NCBI GenBank assembly: GCA_964510945.1
Contig: CAZEED010000001.1
Coordinates: 98,774-162,773 of the forward strand
Direction: 5' to 3'
Length of the DNA stretch: 64,000 nt
Source: an uncultured Candidatus Saccharibacteria bacterium
GTDB taxonomy: Bacteria; Patescibacteriota; Saccharimonadia; Saccharimonadales; JAGQNJ01
In this document: positions 9,065-18,711 of the stretch, in pieces
Position numbering within the stretch: the stretch's first letter is position 1
How the letters are laid out: every line of letters starts with the position of its first letter
The notes under the pieces: generated by a model
Seen by the model: the letters and a program-made list of their open reading frames with translations, nothing else
The model's database searches: none
Told to the model about the DNA's origin: nothing
Program-made: the position numbers and the translations under genes

Positions 9065-12000
9065 CTACAGAGGGTACGTGAAGCTGATACTACTGTATTT
9101 TCCATTTGCCGTTACTGTAGCGGTATAGCTCTTGCCGATTTCTACATCTCTGAGTAGTGATTTACTTGACGTCGAAGAACAACTATTAGGTCCGCTAGTT
9201 TCTTTAAGACAAACTTGGTAGGTTGTGCCAGACGGCAGTGTTGAGCCTGACCACTGAATTTTTACTTTGTCGCTACCTTGGTCGGAAACTGACAGTGAAC
9301 CAACGCTTGATCCGTCAGATGATTCACCGCTAATAGTTGAAGAATCGGTTGCGTCATACAATACGCTATCGATTACTGTTGCTGTCACAGTCCTTGAACC
9401 ATTAAAGTTTGGTTTGTAGTTTTTATATATCACTGTGCCTGGCTTTGTAATAGTGAAAGAACCTCCAGCAATCTGAGAACCGTTAACAGAAAAGGTAACT
9501 TTGCCTTTAAATCTCTCGCTAGACAAAGGATGTGTGCCTTGGCTAATCGTTGCAACTAAATTATAGCTATTAGATCCTTGTTTTTGAACAGACAAGCTAA
9601 TCTTAGGCTTACTGTCGCTACATTTATGTACGTCATCCTGTTGACTCGAACTATTTCCTCCAGCATCGACATAAGTGTCACCCGAGAAACTAGAAGCGTC
9701 GGTTTCGGTAAGAGTTTTCTTAGCTCGCGTTGGTGTACAGCTTGTAGCTATTTTGTTGGATACTATATCAATAGTCTTTTTTGAAGCAGATTTCTTTTTG
9801 TTGTTTTGATACCAACTAGGGAATAGATCTGTTGCTGGGCTTGGCTCTACAGAACCTATACCGACATGTGTTCTAATTACAAAGGCAGGATCTTGTTTTA
9901 CACCCGCTGGTTTTGTCCAATCTTTTGCCTTTTTACCATCGTGAGCTGATTGCATCCATCCTTGCCAAATCGGCTGGGTCATATTCTCCATTGTGCCACT
10001 CATTTCAACTTGTCTAGTGTGATGCCCAACCCACACGCTGGCTGCATATTTAGATGAGTAGCCTGTCATCCACCCGTCTTTTCCGTCGTTAGTCGTTCCG
10101 GTTTTCATGGCAAATTTCCAGCCATTAGGTCCAATCTGAGGTTTTCGTCCAGCTGGGAAGTAACTAGCATTAGGATCAGATAATATGTTGTTAATAATGT
10201 AAGCCGCGTCTGCTTTAACAGCTTGTCTTGATTTACCTTTTTCGTCTCGACTCCAGTCGTATACTGGTTTTGATGTTGAATCTTCAATCTTTAAGATATA
10301 GGTCTGTGGAATCCATTTTCCGTTTCTAGAAAGAGAAGCTTGAGCGTGTACATGTTCGTCGAGTTTAAGAAAAGCTCCATCACCAATCGCTGATGACGCT
10401 CCACATTGGATTTCTTTTGTCAGCGCTTGGTTACCGTAACATTTATAGCCACTCTCTAATCCAAGGTTCTCAGCAGTCTTTATAGTTTTATCAACACCGT
10501 TAATAAGCATTGCTTTTACCGCTGGGACGTTCCTAGAACCACCTAAAGCATAGCGAATTGTTAGTGGTCCCGGATATCGAAAATCGTAATCGTAGAGGCA
10601 GTTACCGCTTCCTCGTGGTGGAGGTAGCCCTTTATTAGTACAATCATAGCCTTCAAGTGGGCCTTGGGTGTCATATAACACTGAGCCAGCCCCAAAATTG
10701 TTCTGGTTATCTATTAGCGATACATAGTCGTATGGTTTAAAGCTTGATCCGGGAGGTAGTTTAGTTTGAGCATAGTTTAGTTGTCCGTATTGCTTATTAG
10801 TAAAATCGTTACCGCCAACTAGTGCTACCATTTGACCTGTTTCTACGTCTTCAGCTGCGATTGCAGCGTTATCTCCACCTTGAGCATAGATTTGACCCAT
10901 ACCTGCGGCAACTTGTTCTTCAGCCTTTTTCTGAAGTCCTAGATCAAGAGAGGTAGTAACTTTCCACCCACCAATGTCGGCAGTTTCTGAAGCAATTTTA
11001 TTCTGGATTTGGTTTTTTGCTGCTAGTACAAACCATGGTGCTTTAATACCAGCAAATTTTGCTTTTCTAGGCTTAACAGTTTTTAGTACATCTACTTTCT
11101 TGGCTTTGTCTCGTTGGGCCGATGTAATCATATTTTGTTCTACCATGAGGTCAAGAATATAGTGTTGTCGATTTAGGAAAGCTTCTTTTTCAAAATCTTG
11201 GCTATACGGTGAATAGTATCTTGGTGACTGTGGAATAGCCGCGAGCATCGCAGATTCTGCAATGGTTAGCTCGTCGGCTGATTTATTAAAGTAATCTCTA
11301 GCTGCGGCTTCAGCCCCATACTCGATTCCACCATAGGGCGCAGTATTTAAATATCCAGCTAATATCTCTTGTTTTGAATAACTTCTCTCTAACTCAACGG
11401 CTAGGATAACTTCTTTTACTTTTCTGCTAACAGTTCTTTCTTGAGTCCAGTTTTGGGTTAACTTAACTAATTGTTGAGTGATAGTTGAACCACCCTGCGT
11501 ACTACCGCCGAAGGCGTTATTCCAAGCGGCTCTAGAAATACCTCTAACATCGAACCCTCCGTGTTTGAAGAAGTCTTTATCTTCTATAGCAACAGTCGCA
11601 TCTTTTAGGTTTTGGGAGATCTTGTCATCTTCTACAGGTATTCTTTTTGCAGCGTCATAATCTTCCCACAGCAGCACTTTACCGCTTCGATCGTAATACT
11701 GAATACTACCGCCTAAATTACTACCAGTAATTGATCGTAAGTCGGGTAGATCTTTACGAAAGTATGCAAACATACCAACCAAAATTAAAAAACCAGCTAT
11801 AAAACCAATACCCATAATTTTTAGGGCCATTATCCCACCTTCACGACTGAACCAGTATTGATAAAGTCTTTTTGGGTGAAGGCGATATACGAATCGCTGT
11901 AGTTTACCTTTAGGCATTCCAGCTAATCGCTCGGCCTTGGACCTTGATTTCTGATCATTTCTAATTTTTAACTTATCAGAGATACTTCGATGAATTTTTA

Positions 12001-12067
12001 CAGTTGCACCACTTCTGGTTGTGAACGTATTTCTTCCGACTCTAGGGCTACGGCGACTTCGTGCCAT
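9065..12067 (-). CDS. Class A penicillin-binding protein (glycosyltransferase GT51 + transpeptidase) with ~300 aa Ser/Thr-rich C-terminal extension
   Basis: GT51 motifs (EDKDFFKHGGFD, GGSTITQQLVK). Transpeptidase region. N-terminal cytoplasmic tail plus TM. C-terminal beta-rich FN3/Ig-like segments. Confidence 0.85.
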   Translation of the reverse strand: MARSRRSPRVGRNTFTTRSGATVKIHRSISDKLKIRNDQKSRSKAERLAGMPKGKLQRFVYRLHPKRLYQYWFSREGGIMALKIMGIGFIAGFLILVGMFAYFRKDLPDLRSITGSNLGGSIQYYDRSGKVLLWEDYDAAKRIPVEDDKISQNLKDATVAIEDKDFFKHGGFDVRGISRAAWNNAFGGSTQGGSTITQQLVKLTQNWTQERTVSRKVKEVILAVELERSYSKQEILAGYLNTAPYGGIEYGAEAAARDYFNKSADELTIAESAMLAAIPQSPRYYSPYSQDFEKEAFLNRQHYILDLMVEQNMITSAQRDKAKKVDVLKTVKPRKAKFAGIKAPWFVLAAKNQIQNKIASETADIGGWKVTTSLDLGLQKKAEEQVAAGMGQIYAQGGDNAAIAAEDVETGQMVALVGGNDFTNKQYGQLNYAQTKLPPGSSFKPYDYVSLIDNQNNFGAGSVLYDTQGPLEGYDCTNKGLPPPRGSGNCLYDYDFRYPGPLTIRYALGGSRNVPAVKAMLINGVDKTIKTAENLGLESGYKCYGNQALTKEIQCGASSAIGDGAFLKLDEHVHAQASLSRNGKWIPQTYILKIEDSTSKPVYDWSRDEKGKSRQAVKADAAYIINNILSDPNASYFPAGRKPQIGPNGWKFAMKTGTTNDGKDGWMTGYSSKYAASVWVGHHTRQVEMSGTMENMTQPIWQGWMQSAHDGKKAKDWTKPAGVKQDPAFVIRTHVGIGSVEPSPATDLFPSWYQNNKKKSASKKTIDIVSNKIATSCTPTRAKKTLTETDASSFSGDTYVDAGGNSSSQQDDVHKCSDSKPKISLSVQKQGSNSYNLVATISQGTHPLSSERFKGKVTFSVNGSQIAGGSFTITKPGTVIYKNYKPNFNGSRTVTATVIDSVLYDATDSSTISGESSDGSSVGSLSVSDQGSDKVKIQWSGSTLPSGTTYQVCLKETSGPNSCSSTSSKSLLRDVEIGKSYTATVTANGKYSSISFTYPL

Positions 12068-12222
12068 TGTATGTATTTCTCCTTGAATTTAACATGATCA
12101 TTATAGCAAATGTTAGTAATATTATCGCTATCTATATGCAAAAGTAGTTGTGTAAAAATATCAGAATAGTAATCAAGTAAGAAAATTTGCATTCGACAAA
12201 AACCTGATATACTTTTGCGTAC

Positions 12223-12993
12223 ATGGCTAAAGAAAACACAAAACATAAGCGTGCTGATCAGTATAATGATCCAAAACATAATTATAAGAAATACTGGGAT
12301 GGCCGCGAATATGAAAATGCCGCTGAAGAGCTTGCAATTAGAAGACTGTTAAAAAACAGATCATTTAAACATGCTGTAGATGTTGGTGGAGGCTATGGTC
12401 GGCTTTGTATATTGCTAGAAGAATTTGCGAAAAAAGTAACCCTTGCAGAACCAAGTAAGCAACAGCTAGATATCGCAAAAGAGTATTTGGCGAATCACAA
12501 ACGGATAGAACGGGAATTAATGCAAGCTGATGACCTAAAGTTTAAAGACGATAGTGTTGATCTAGTAACGATGGTGAGGGTGATGCATCATCTTCCAGAC
12601 CCTTCACTAGAGTTTTCAGAGATTGCCAGAATACTATCTAATGATGGGGTTTTTATATTAGAGATTGCAAACCTAGCACATATACGTAATAGGATTAAAT
12701 ACATGATGAAGGGCAAGAAAATTCCGATTGACCCAGTAGATATACGAAGCCCGAAAAACCGCAATAAGAACGAGATCGAATTTGTTAATCACAATCCAAA
12801 AAAAGTCGCAAAACAACTTGCGCACGCTGGTTTAAAAGTTGATAAAGTTCTGTCTGTTTCTAACCTTCGTAGCCCTGGACTCAAAAAAATTGCACCGATA
12901 AGCGCGATGGTAACTGTTGAAAAGTTTCTTCAGCGTCCGCTTGCAAGAGCGCATTTTGGCCCTAGCGTATTTTTCTTAGTCAAAAAAGCCTAA
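12223..12993 (+). CDS. Class I SAM-dependent methyltransferase
   Basis: Motif I VDVGGGYGRL. Methyltransferase-fold spacing. Confidence 0.7.
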   Translation: MAKENTKHKRADQYNDPKHNYKKYWDGREYENAAEELAIRRLLKNRSFKHAVDVGGGYGRLCILLEEFAKKVTLAEPSKQQLDIAKEYLANHKRIERELMQADDLKFKDDSVDLVTMVRVMHHLPDPSLEFSEIARILSNDGVFILEIANLAHIRNRIKYMMKGKKIPIDPVDIRSPKNRNKNEIEFVNHNPKKVAKQLAHAGLKVDKVLSVSNLRSPGLKKIAPISAMVTVEKFLQRPLARAHFGPSVFFLVKKA

Positions 12994-13033
12994 GTTAAAA
13001 CAAGCCGTTAATTACCGCTATACTATTAGGTAA

Positions 13034-15070
13034 ATGGTGATGATCAAAGAACTATCTGAACTACGTGGAGTTGGGCCTGCTGTCGTAAATAGCCTGAAAT
13101 CTGTGGATATCCGCTCCATAGAAGATTTAATTAATTATTATCCACGGCGGTATGAAGACTATTCTAACTTGTCACTAATAAGCCAGATTAAACCTGGACA
13201 AGTTTCTATCAAAGGTAGGGTGACAAGTATTCATGGTCGGTATGTACGACGAGGCATGCATATTACTGAAGCAGTGATAACAGATAAAACAGGGTCTGTT
13301 CGGATGGTGTGGTTTAACCAGCCTTATCGATCGAACTCGATAAAAACTGATAACGAATATTTTGTTTCTGGTCTGTTTCAGCTAAGCCGGCAAAAAATGA
13401 GCATCATGAATCCTTCGTTAGAATTAGTCACTGATTTTCCCTTAAACACAGCTCGAATAATTCCAATTTATCCTCAATCAAAAACTGTTAAATCTACACA
13501 ACTTAGAAAATATATAAAAGCTGCTTTTGATAGTGATTTTGAAATTTTGGAAGTTTTGCCAAATAAACTAAAAAAGAAATACAAGTTATTGAGTTTAAAA
13601 CAAGCTTTATTCCAACTGCACTTTCCAAGTTCAAAAGAGGATTTAGATACTGCGAAATATACGCTAGGCTTTATAGAGTTATTTGAATTGATTATGGCAA
13701 ATCAGATGACTAAAAACGAGATTGGCAAAATAGCATCTATACCAGTAAATTTTGATGAAAAAGTTGCAAAAAAATTCGTAAAAAATCTTAAATTTACGTT
13801 AACAACTGATCAACGTGTAGTAACCTGGCAGATATTAAAGGATATCGACAGTGAGGTAGCTATGAATCGACTGCTTGAGGGAGACGTGGGTTCTGGTAAA
13901 ACTGTTGTGGCGGCGATGGCAAGTGCAATGGTGATGGCAAGAGATCTACAAGTTTTAGTCCTAGCTCCAACTGAGATTCTAGCCAGACAGCACGCGATAA
14001 CTTTTTCAGAGCTCCTAAGTCCACTTGATTTAGATAAGCAGGTGACATTGCTGGTAGGTAGTATGAACAAAAGCCAAAAACAAAATGCATATGAATCAAT
14101 TAAATCCGGTCAGTCGAAGTTAGTAGTCGGAACGCACGCAATATTACAAGAGAGCCTCGATGTCCACTCGCTTGGCTTGATTGTTGTTGATGAGCAACAT
14201 CGGTTTGGTGTCGAACAAAGAAAAGCCTTACTTAAAAAAGCTGGCCATATGCCGCACATGTTAAGCATGACTGCTACACCAATACCTAGGAGTTTAGCTC
14301 TAACCGTTTACGGTGATCTCGAGATCAGTATCTTAAAAACCAAGCCTATTAATCGCAAACCCATTGATACGCAGATGGTACTTGAAAATGAAAGAACTAA
14401 GATATATGAGAGTTTAAAAACAAACATAGAGAATAATGAACAAATATTTGTTGTTTGTCCTATAATTGACGATTCTGAAGTAATTAAAGCCAGATCTGTT
14501 AATGAAGTCTATAATGATTTAGCCAATAATATTTTTACTAATAATATTGTTGCTTTGTTACATGGTCGTTTGTCGTCAGATGACAAACAAAAAATAATGC
14601 AAGATTTTGTAGCTGGCAAGATCGATGTCCTAGTGTCGACAACTGTTATTGAAGTTGGGGTAGATGTGCCTAATGCTACGATAATGTGTATAGAGTCGCC
14701 AGAGCGCTTTGGGCTAGCTCAGATCCATCAGTTACGCGGAAGGATCGGCAGAGGGGATAAGAGCGGAACATGTTATATGATGCTCAATAGTAACGAGAAC
14801 CCATCTAGAAGGCTCAGAGCGGTGTTATCTAGCAATGATGGATTCAAGCTGGCTGAGCTTGATCTAGAGCTCCGTGGACCAGGGGCAATATATGGTGAGT
14901 CTCAGCATGGAGAATTAGATCTTAGGATGGTTAACTTAACTGATACGAATCTTATAAAAAATGCCCGAAAAGCCGCTTTAGAGTTATTAGACGAAGACCC
15001 CAACCTGCTACAATATAGTGGACTAAAAAAGCGGATAGAAAATCTACAAAAAATAACACATCTAAACTAA
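13034..15070 (+). CDS. recG: ATP-dependent DNA helicase RecG
   Basis: Wedge/OB domain. Helicase motifs (GDVGSGKT, DEQHRFGV). RecG-type C-terminal region. Confidence 0.9.
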   Translation: MVMIKELSELRGVGPAVVNSLKSVDIRSIEDLINYYPRRYEDYSNLSLISQIKPGQVSIKGRVTSIHGRYVRRGMHITEAVITDKTGSVRMVWFNQPYRSNSIKTDNEYFVSGLFQLSRQKMSIMNPSLELVTDFPLNTARIIPIYPQSKTVKSTQLRKYIKAAFDSDFEILEVLPNKLKKKYKLLSLKQALFQLHFPSSKEDLDTAKYTLGFIELFELIMANQMTKNEIGKIASIPVNFDEKVAKKFVKNLKFTLTTDQRVVTWQILKDIDSEVAMNRLLEGDVGSGKTVVAAMASAMVMARDLQVLVLAPTEILARQHAITFSELLSPLDLDKQVTLLVGSMNKSQKQNAYESIKSGQSKLVVGTHAILQESLDVHSLGLIVVDEQHRFGVEQRKALLKKAGHMPHMLSMTATPIPRSLALTVYGDLEISILKTKPINRKPIDTQMVLENERTKIYESLKTNIENNEQIFVVCPIIDDSEVIKARSVNEVYNDLANNIFTNNIVALLHGRLSSDDKQKIMQDFVAGKIDVLVSTTVIEVGVDVPNATIMCIESPERFGLAQIHQLRGRIGRGDKSGTCYMMLNSNENPSRRLRAVLSSNDGFKLAELDLELRGPGAIYGESQHGELDLRMVNLTDTNLIKNARKAALELLDEDPNLLQYSGLKKRIENLQKITHLN

Positions 15071-15082
15071 ACAAGGACAATC

Positions 15083-15898
15083 ATGTATTCAGGCTCGACA
15101 CTTACACCATTTTCAGGACGAATTTTAGGTGCGCACCAAAAACTCGATAGGGTTGCTAGAAATAATTTAGACAAAATAACTCAGAATAAGGATGATTTTC
15201 CGGCATCGAAAAAAATCCTTCATTTTGAAGGTAAGAAAGGGCCTGATGCCATAAAGCGAAAAAGTCCTTCCAAAGATGAACCTTGGCATTATTATAGTCC
15301 GTTTGACGATAAAGACTCTCAACTTTTAGATTTAATCGACGACCATTACAAAAAGCTGGTTAACGAGCTAAAGTCTAATAACCAAGAGCGAATAGCTTTT
15401 GAAGCCGCTTGGCTTGCTCATGCAATAACTGACGGTTTAACGCCAGCTCATCACTATCCATACGAGGAAAAGGTTGAAGAATTATGGGAAGGTAGCAAAG
15501 ATCAACGAACGACTCTTAGTAAGAAATGGTTTCCGCCTGCAGATACAAAGCGTGGACGAATTAAAAAAACATGGAAGTATCTTGGCCCAAAGGGTTTAAT
15601 GAGTACTCATGGGTTATTTGAATTTGGGATTGCCACAATTATCGCACCCTTATCAATGAAAGAATCTGTTCCAACTCAAGAAGATATTGTTAACGCACGA
15701 AAAATTGGCCATATTGAAACATTCAAGCATTCGGCAAGAGAAATTGCCGTTCTTGATATGTACGAAAGATTTATGAAAAAAGGTTGGTCGCCAAAGTTGG
15801 TTGTCAATGTTCGAAATAAGTTAGGCCCGACTATTGCAAAAACTATCACACTTATTTGGTTTTTAGCCGTTAGTGAAGCAAAAAATGATAAAGCATAA
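15083..15898 (+). CDS. Hypothetical protein, possible zinc phospholipase C / S1-P1 nuclease-like fold
   Basis: H-x3-D-x5-HH spacing (LAHAITDGLTPAHH) resembles the PLC/P1 nuclease zinc ligands. No signal peptide. Weak assignment. Confidence 0.45.
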   Translation: MYSGSTLTPFSGRILGAHQKLDRVARNNLDKITQNKDDFPASKKILHFEGKKGPDAIKRKSPSKDEPWHYYSPFDDKDSQLLDLIDDHYKKLVNELKSNNQERIAFEAAWLAHAITDGLTPAHHYPYEEKVEELWEGSKDQRTTLSKKWFPPADTKRGRIKKTWKYLGPKGLMSTHGLFEFGIATIIAPLSMKESVPTQEDIVNARKIGHIETFKHSAREIAVLDMYERFMKKGWSPKLVVNVRNKLGPTIAKTITLIWFLAVSEAKNDKA

Positions 15899-15903
15899 TT
15901 AGC

Positions 15904-16437
15904 ATGAGAGTAATTGCCGGATTTTTAAAAGGACAGCAAATCATAGCACCCTCAGGCCATAGAACACATCCTATGAGCGAAAAGGTTAGGGGTGGCCTGT
16001 TTAACGTTTTAGGAGATTTAAGCGGGCTTGATATTCTGGACGCGTTTGCAGGTAGTGGAGCGTTGAGTATTGAAGCGATTAGTCGAGGCGCTAACGGTGT
16101 TGTTGCCATCGATATAGACAAAAAAGCCAATACTGTTTTAAAACAAAATATCAAAGCTCTGAAAATTCCTGATCGAATAAAGCCTATTAATGCTAACGCC
16201 AGCGGTTGGTCAGACAATAATCCAGATGCTCAGTTTGACATTGTAATAGCTGCGCCACCGTATGATGGGATAAAAATGCAGATGTTAGTTAAACTAGTAC
16301 AACATGTTAAATCTGGGGGATTGTATATTCTTGACTGGCCGGGAAAAATGGAAATTCCTGACTTTGATTCTTTATCTCAACTTAGAGTAAAAAACTATGG
16401 CGACGCACAACTGGTCTTTTATAAAAAAACAGGGTAA
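15904..16437 (+). CDS. rsmD: 16S rRNA (guanine966-N2)-methyltransferase RsmD
   Basis: N-terminal RsmD signature (RVIAG..KG..I..P.G..TRP..EKVRGGLFN..G). DAFAGSGALSIEA and PPY motif. Confidence 0.85.
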   Translation: MRVIAGFLKGQQIIAPSGHRTHPMSEKVRGGLFNVLGDLSGLDILDAFAGSGALSIEAISRGANGVVAIDIDKKANTVLKQNIKALKIPDRIKPINANASGWSDNNPDAQFDIVIAAPPYDGIKMQMLVKLVQHVKSGGLYILDWPGKMEIPDFDSLSQLRVKNYGDAQLVFYKKTG

Positions 16438-16461
16438 AATCTTACAGTATTCATTGCTCAA

Positions 16462-16546
16462 GCCGGAGTGGTGGAATTGGTAGACACGCTAGTCTTAGGA
16501 ACTAGTGCCGCAAGGCGTGAAGGTTCGAGTCCTTTCTCCGGCACCA
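16462..16546 (+). tRNA. tRNA-Leu (anticodon TAG), long variable arm, encoded CCA
   Basis: Acceptor gccggag/ctccggc. Anticodon loop cttaggaa. Long extra arm. T-arm ggttcgagtcc. Confidence 0.9.
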
Positions 16547-16565
16547 AATATCAGGGATTTATATT

Positions 16566-16811
16566 ATGCAGCCAGAATTATCGAAAAATTACGTAGAAGT
16601 GCCTCTTGGGGATGGAACTGTAGAGCGCAACAGTCCGCTATATGTGGGGGCTATGATAGATGGCGGACAAGCTAGTCTGTCGATCAGAGGTGACATAAGT
16701 TTCAGAAATCTGGTCGGAGAACAAGCACATGAAGAGTATATTGGATATCTTAACCCATCTCAGCGAGTAACTCTTCGAGAAAGGTTACTGGGGAAGCTAG
16801 GTATAGTGTAG
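16566..16811 (+). CDS. Hypothetical small protein (81 aa)
   Basis: ORF only. No recognisable motifs. Its 3' end abuts a consensus promoter. Confidence 0.3.
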   Translation: MQPELSKNYVEVPLGDGTVERNSPLYVGAMIDGGQASLSIRGDISFRNLVGEQAHEEYIGYLNPSQRVTLRERLLGKLGIV

Positions 16812-16840
16812 TTGCGTAGCATTGCCTAGTATGTTATAAT
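16812..16840 (+). promoter_or_regulatory. Sigma70-like promoter (-35 TTGCGT, 17 nt spacer, -10 TATAAT)
   Basis: Read directly from the sequence. Drives a ~120 nt transcript that ends at the intrinsic terminator at 16937-16965. Confidence 0.45.
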
Positions 16841-16936
16841 AATATTGTAATGAATATAATTTACATTAACCAAAATCATGTACATCTGTTGCCGGAGCTG
16901 ATCGGTTAGTTTACTATTTTCCTAAAAAACATACAA

Positions 16937-16965
16937 ACGCCGGATCTCCCCGGCGTTTTTTCTTT
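16937..16965 (+). terminator. Rho-independent terminator (7 bp GC stem acgccgg/ccggcgt + T6CT4) immediately upstream of hisS
   Basis: Perfect stem followed by a T-tract. 32 nt before the hisS ATG. Confidence 0.7.
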
Positions 16966-16996
16966 TAAAAGATAACAAATGTATAATAGAGGAAAT

Positions 16997-18235
16997 ATGA
17001 AACTTTCAACACAACCATATAAAGGAACACGAGATTTTTACCCCGATGATATGCGCATTCGCAAATGGATGTTCGATAAGTGGCGCAAGGCCTGTGAATC
17101 GTTTGGTTACGAGGAATACGATGGCCCAATTTTGGAGCCACTTGAGCTTTACGCCGCTAAAACAAGTGACGAAATTGTAAACGAGCAAACTTATGCCTTT
17201 ACCGATAGAGGTGAGCGTAAGGTGGTCATGCGCCCAGAAATGACGCCGACCGTAAGTAGGATGGTCGCGGGACGCCGCCAGGAGCTTACTTATCCGTTGC
17301 GAATGTTTAGTATACCCAACTGCTTTCGATATGAGCGGCCACAAAAAGGTCGTTTACGCGAGTTTTGGCAGCTGAATGCCGATATTTTCGGTGTTGTTGG
17401 CACTGAAGCTGATATTGAAGTAATTATGCTTGCCGATGAAATCATGAAATTATTTGGCGCTAAGCCTGAGCAATATGAGATACAAATAAGTAGTCGAAAA
17501 ATAGTCCAAGATATTTTTGACGAATTAAATCTTTTGGACTATCAAAGAAAAGATATAGTTACACTGATAGATAAAAAAGAAAAAGTCGATAAACAAGAAT
17601 GGGAGAATCTATTCTATGAAGTACTTGAGAAAAATACTGCTGACAAAATATTAGAATTTTTACGTGAAGACGAAACGCCAGAAAATGCAAATAAAGTTAT
17701 ACAAGAGCTAAAGCGACGTAGCATCAAAAATGTTGTTTTTAATAGGTATCTAACCAGAGGATTTGAGTACTACACGGACATTGTGTTTGAGGTGTTCGAT
17801 ACCAACCCAGACAATAATCGCTCAATGTTTGGTGGTGGTCGCTATGATGTATTAGTGGGTGCATTTGGCGTAGAACCGGTACCAACTGTAGGTTTTGGAA
17901 TGGGCGACGCAACCTTTCAGAACTTTTTGGAGAGCAATAACTTAATCCCAGAATTGAACACACAAACTGATATCTATATTGCTACTATTGGCGATGCGGT
18001 TTTTGGTGCACAAGATGTCGCCCAAGAACTTCGAAGCAAGGGCTTAAATGTTGCGATTGATCTTTCGGGTAAAAAACTAGAAAAACAAATCAAAACTGCT
18101 GACAAAAAGGGCATAAAAAACGTACTTTTTGTGGGTGAAGAAGAACTAAAAACGGATAAGTACAAGCTAAAAAACCTAGATACCGGTGATGAACAGAATC
18201 TTTCAGTGAATGAAATAGATGAAAAGCTAAATTAA
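16997..18235 (+). CDS. hisS: Histidine--tRNA ligase
   Basis: Class II aaRS motifs and HisS N-terminus (KGTRDFYP). ATG at 16997 has a GAGG RBS; the track start 16979 lies inside a TGnTATAAT-like sequence. Confidence 0.9.
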   Translation: MKLSTQPYKGTRDFYPDDMRIRKWMFDKWRKACESFGYEEYDGPILEPLELYAAKTSDEIVNEQTYAFTDRGERKVVMRPEMTPTVSRMVAGRRQELTYPLRMFSIPNCFRYERPQKGRLREFWQLNADIFGVVGTEADIEVIMLADEIMKLFGAKPEQYEIQISSRKIVQDIFDELNLLDYQRKDIVTLIDKKEKVDKQEWENLFYEVLEKNTADKILEFLREDETPENANKVIQELKRRSIKNVVFNRYLTRGFEYYTDIVFEVFDTNPDNNRSMFGGGRYDVLVGAFGVEPVPTVGFGMGDATFQNFLESNNLIPELNTQTDIYIATIGDAVFGAQDVAQELRSKGLNVAIDLSGKKLEKQIKTADKKGIKNVLFVGEEELKTDKYKLKNLDTGDEQNLSVNEIDEKLN

Positions 18236-18691
18236 ATGCGAGCGATAAATCATGCGTTAACTGGGTCGATTATTGGATTTATTATTGTGAGTCCAATTGC
18301 TATTCCAATAGCTTTTGCTTCGCATTTTGTTCTCGATAGTTTGCCTCATTATGGAGACAGAAGTAGATCCGAGGTGGAAATTCACAACAGTAAGGAATTT
18401 AAAGTATTGCTCGTAATCGACGCAATTTTGTGCGGGCTACTCGTGATTGTACTTGGTATTAGCGGTGCAGATAACTGGCAATTAGCGGGTCTGTGTGCGT
18501 TTGCAGCTGCATCGCCAGACTTGTTTTCTATTCCACGATTTAAACGGTCAATAACTGAAAAGAAGGAATACGTCGGTAATGCATTTCAGAGATTCCACAA
18601 AAAGATCCAATGGGGCGAAAAACCTTGGGGTAAGTACGTTGAAATTTTTTGGTTTAGTGCCTCAGTTGTAATACTGGCAATAATTATCTGA
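18236..18691 (+). CDS. Hypothetical polytopic membrane protein
   Basis: About 4 predicted TM helices. Start abuts the hisS stop. Confidence 0.55.
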   Translation: MRAINHALTGSIIGFIIVSPIAIPIAFASHFVLDSLPHYGDRSRSEVEIHNSKEFKVLLVIDAILCGLLVIVLGISGADNWQLAGLCAFAAASPDLFSIPRFKRSITEKKEYVGNAFQRFHKKIQWGEKPWGKYVEIFWFSASVVILAIII

Positions 18692-18711
18692 ATCTGTTAA
18701 TATAGCAAACC

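Noticed and set aside
16847-16965. T-box riboswitch upstream of hisS
   Set aside because: No T-box consensus (AATTAGGGTGGNACCGCG) or recognisable Stem I/specifier architecture. The leader is too short (~120 nt). Kept only as a generic attenuator/sRNA candidate.
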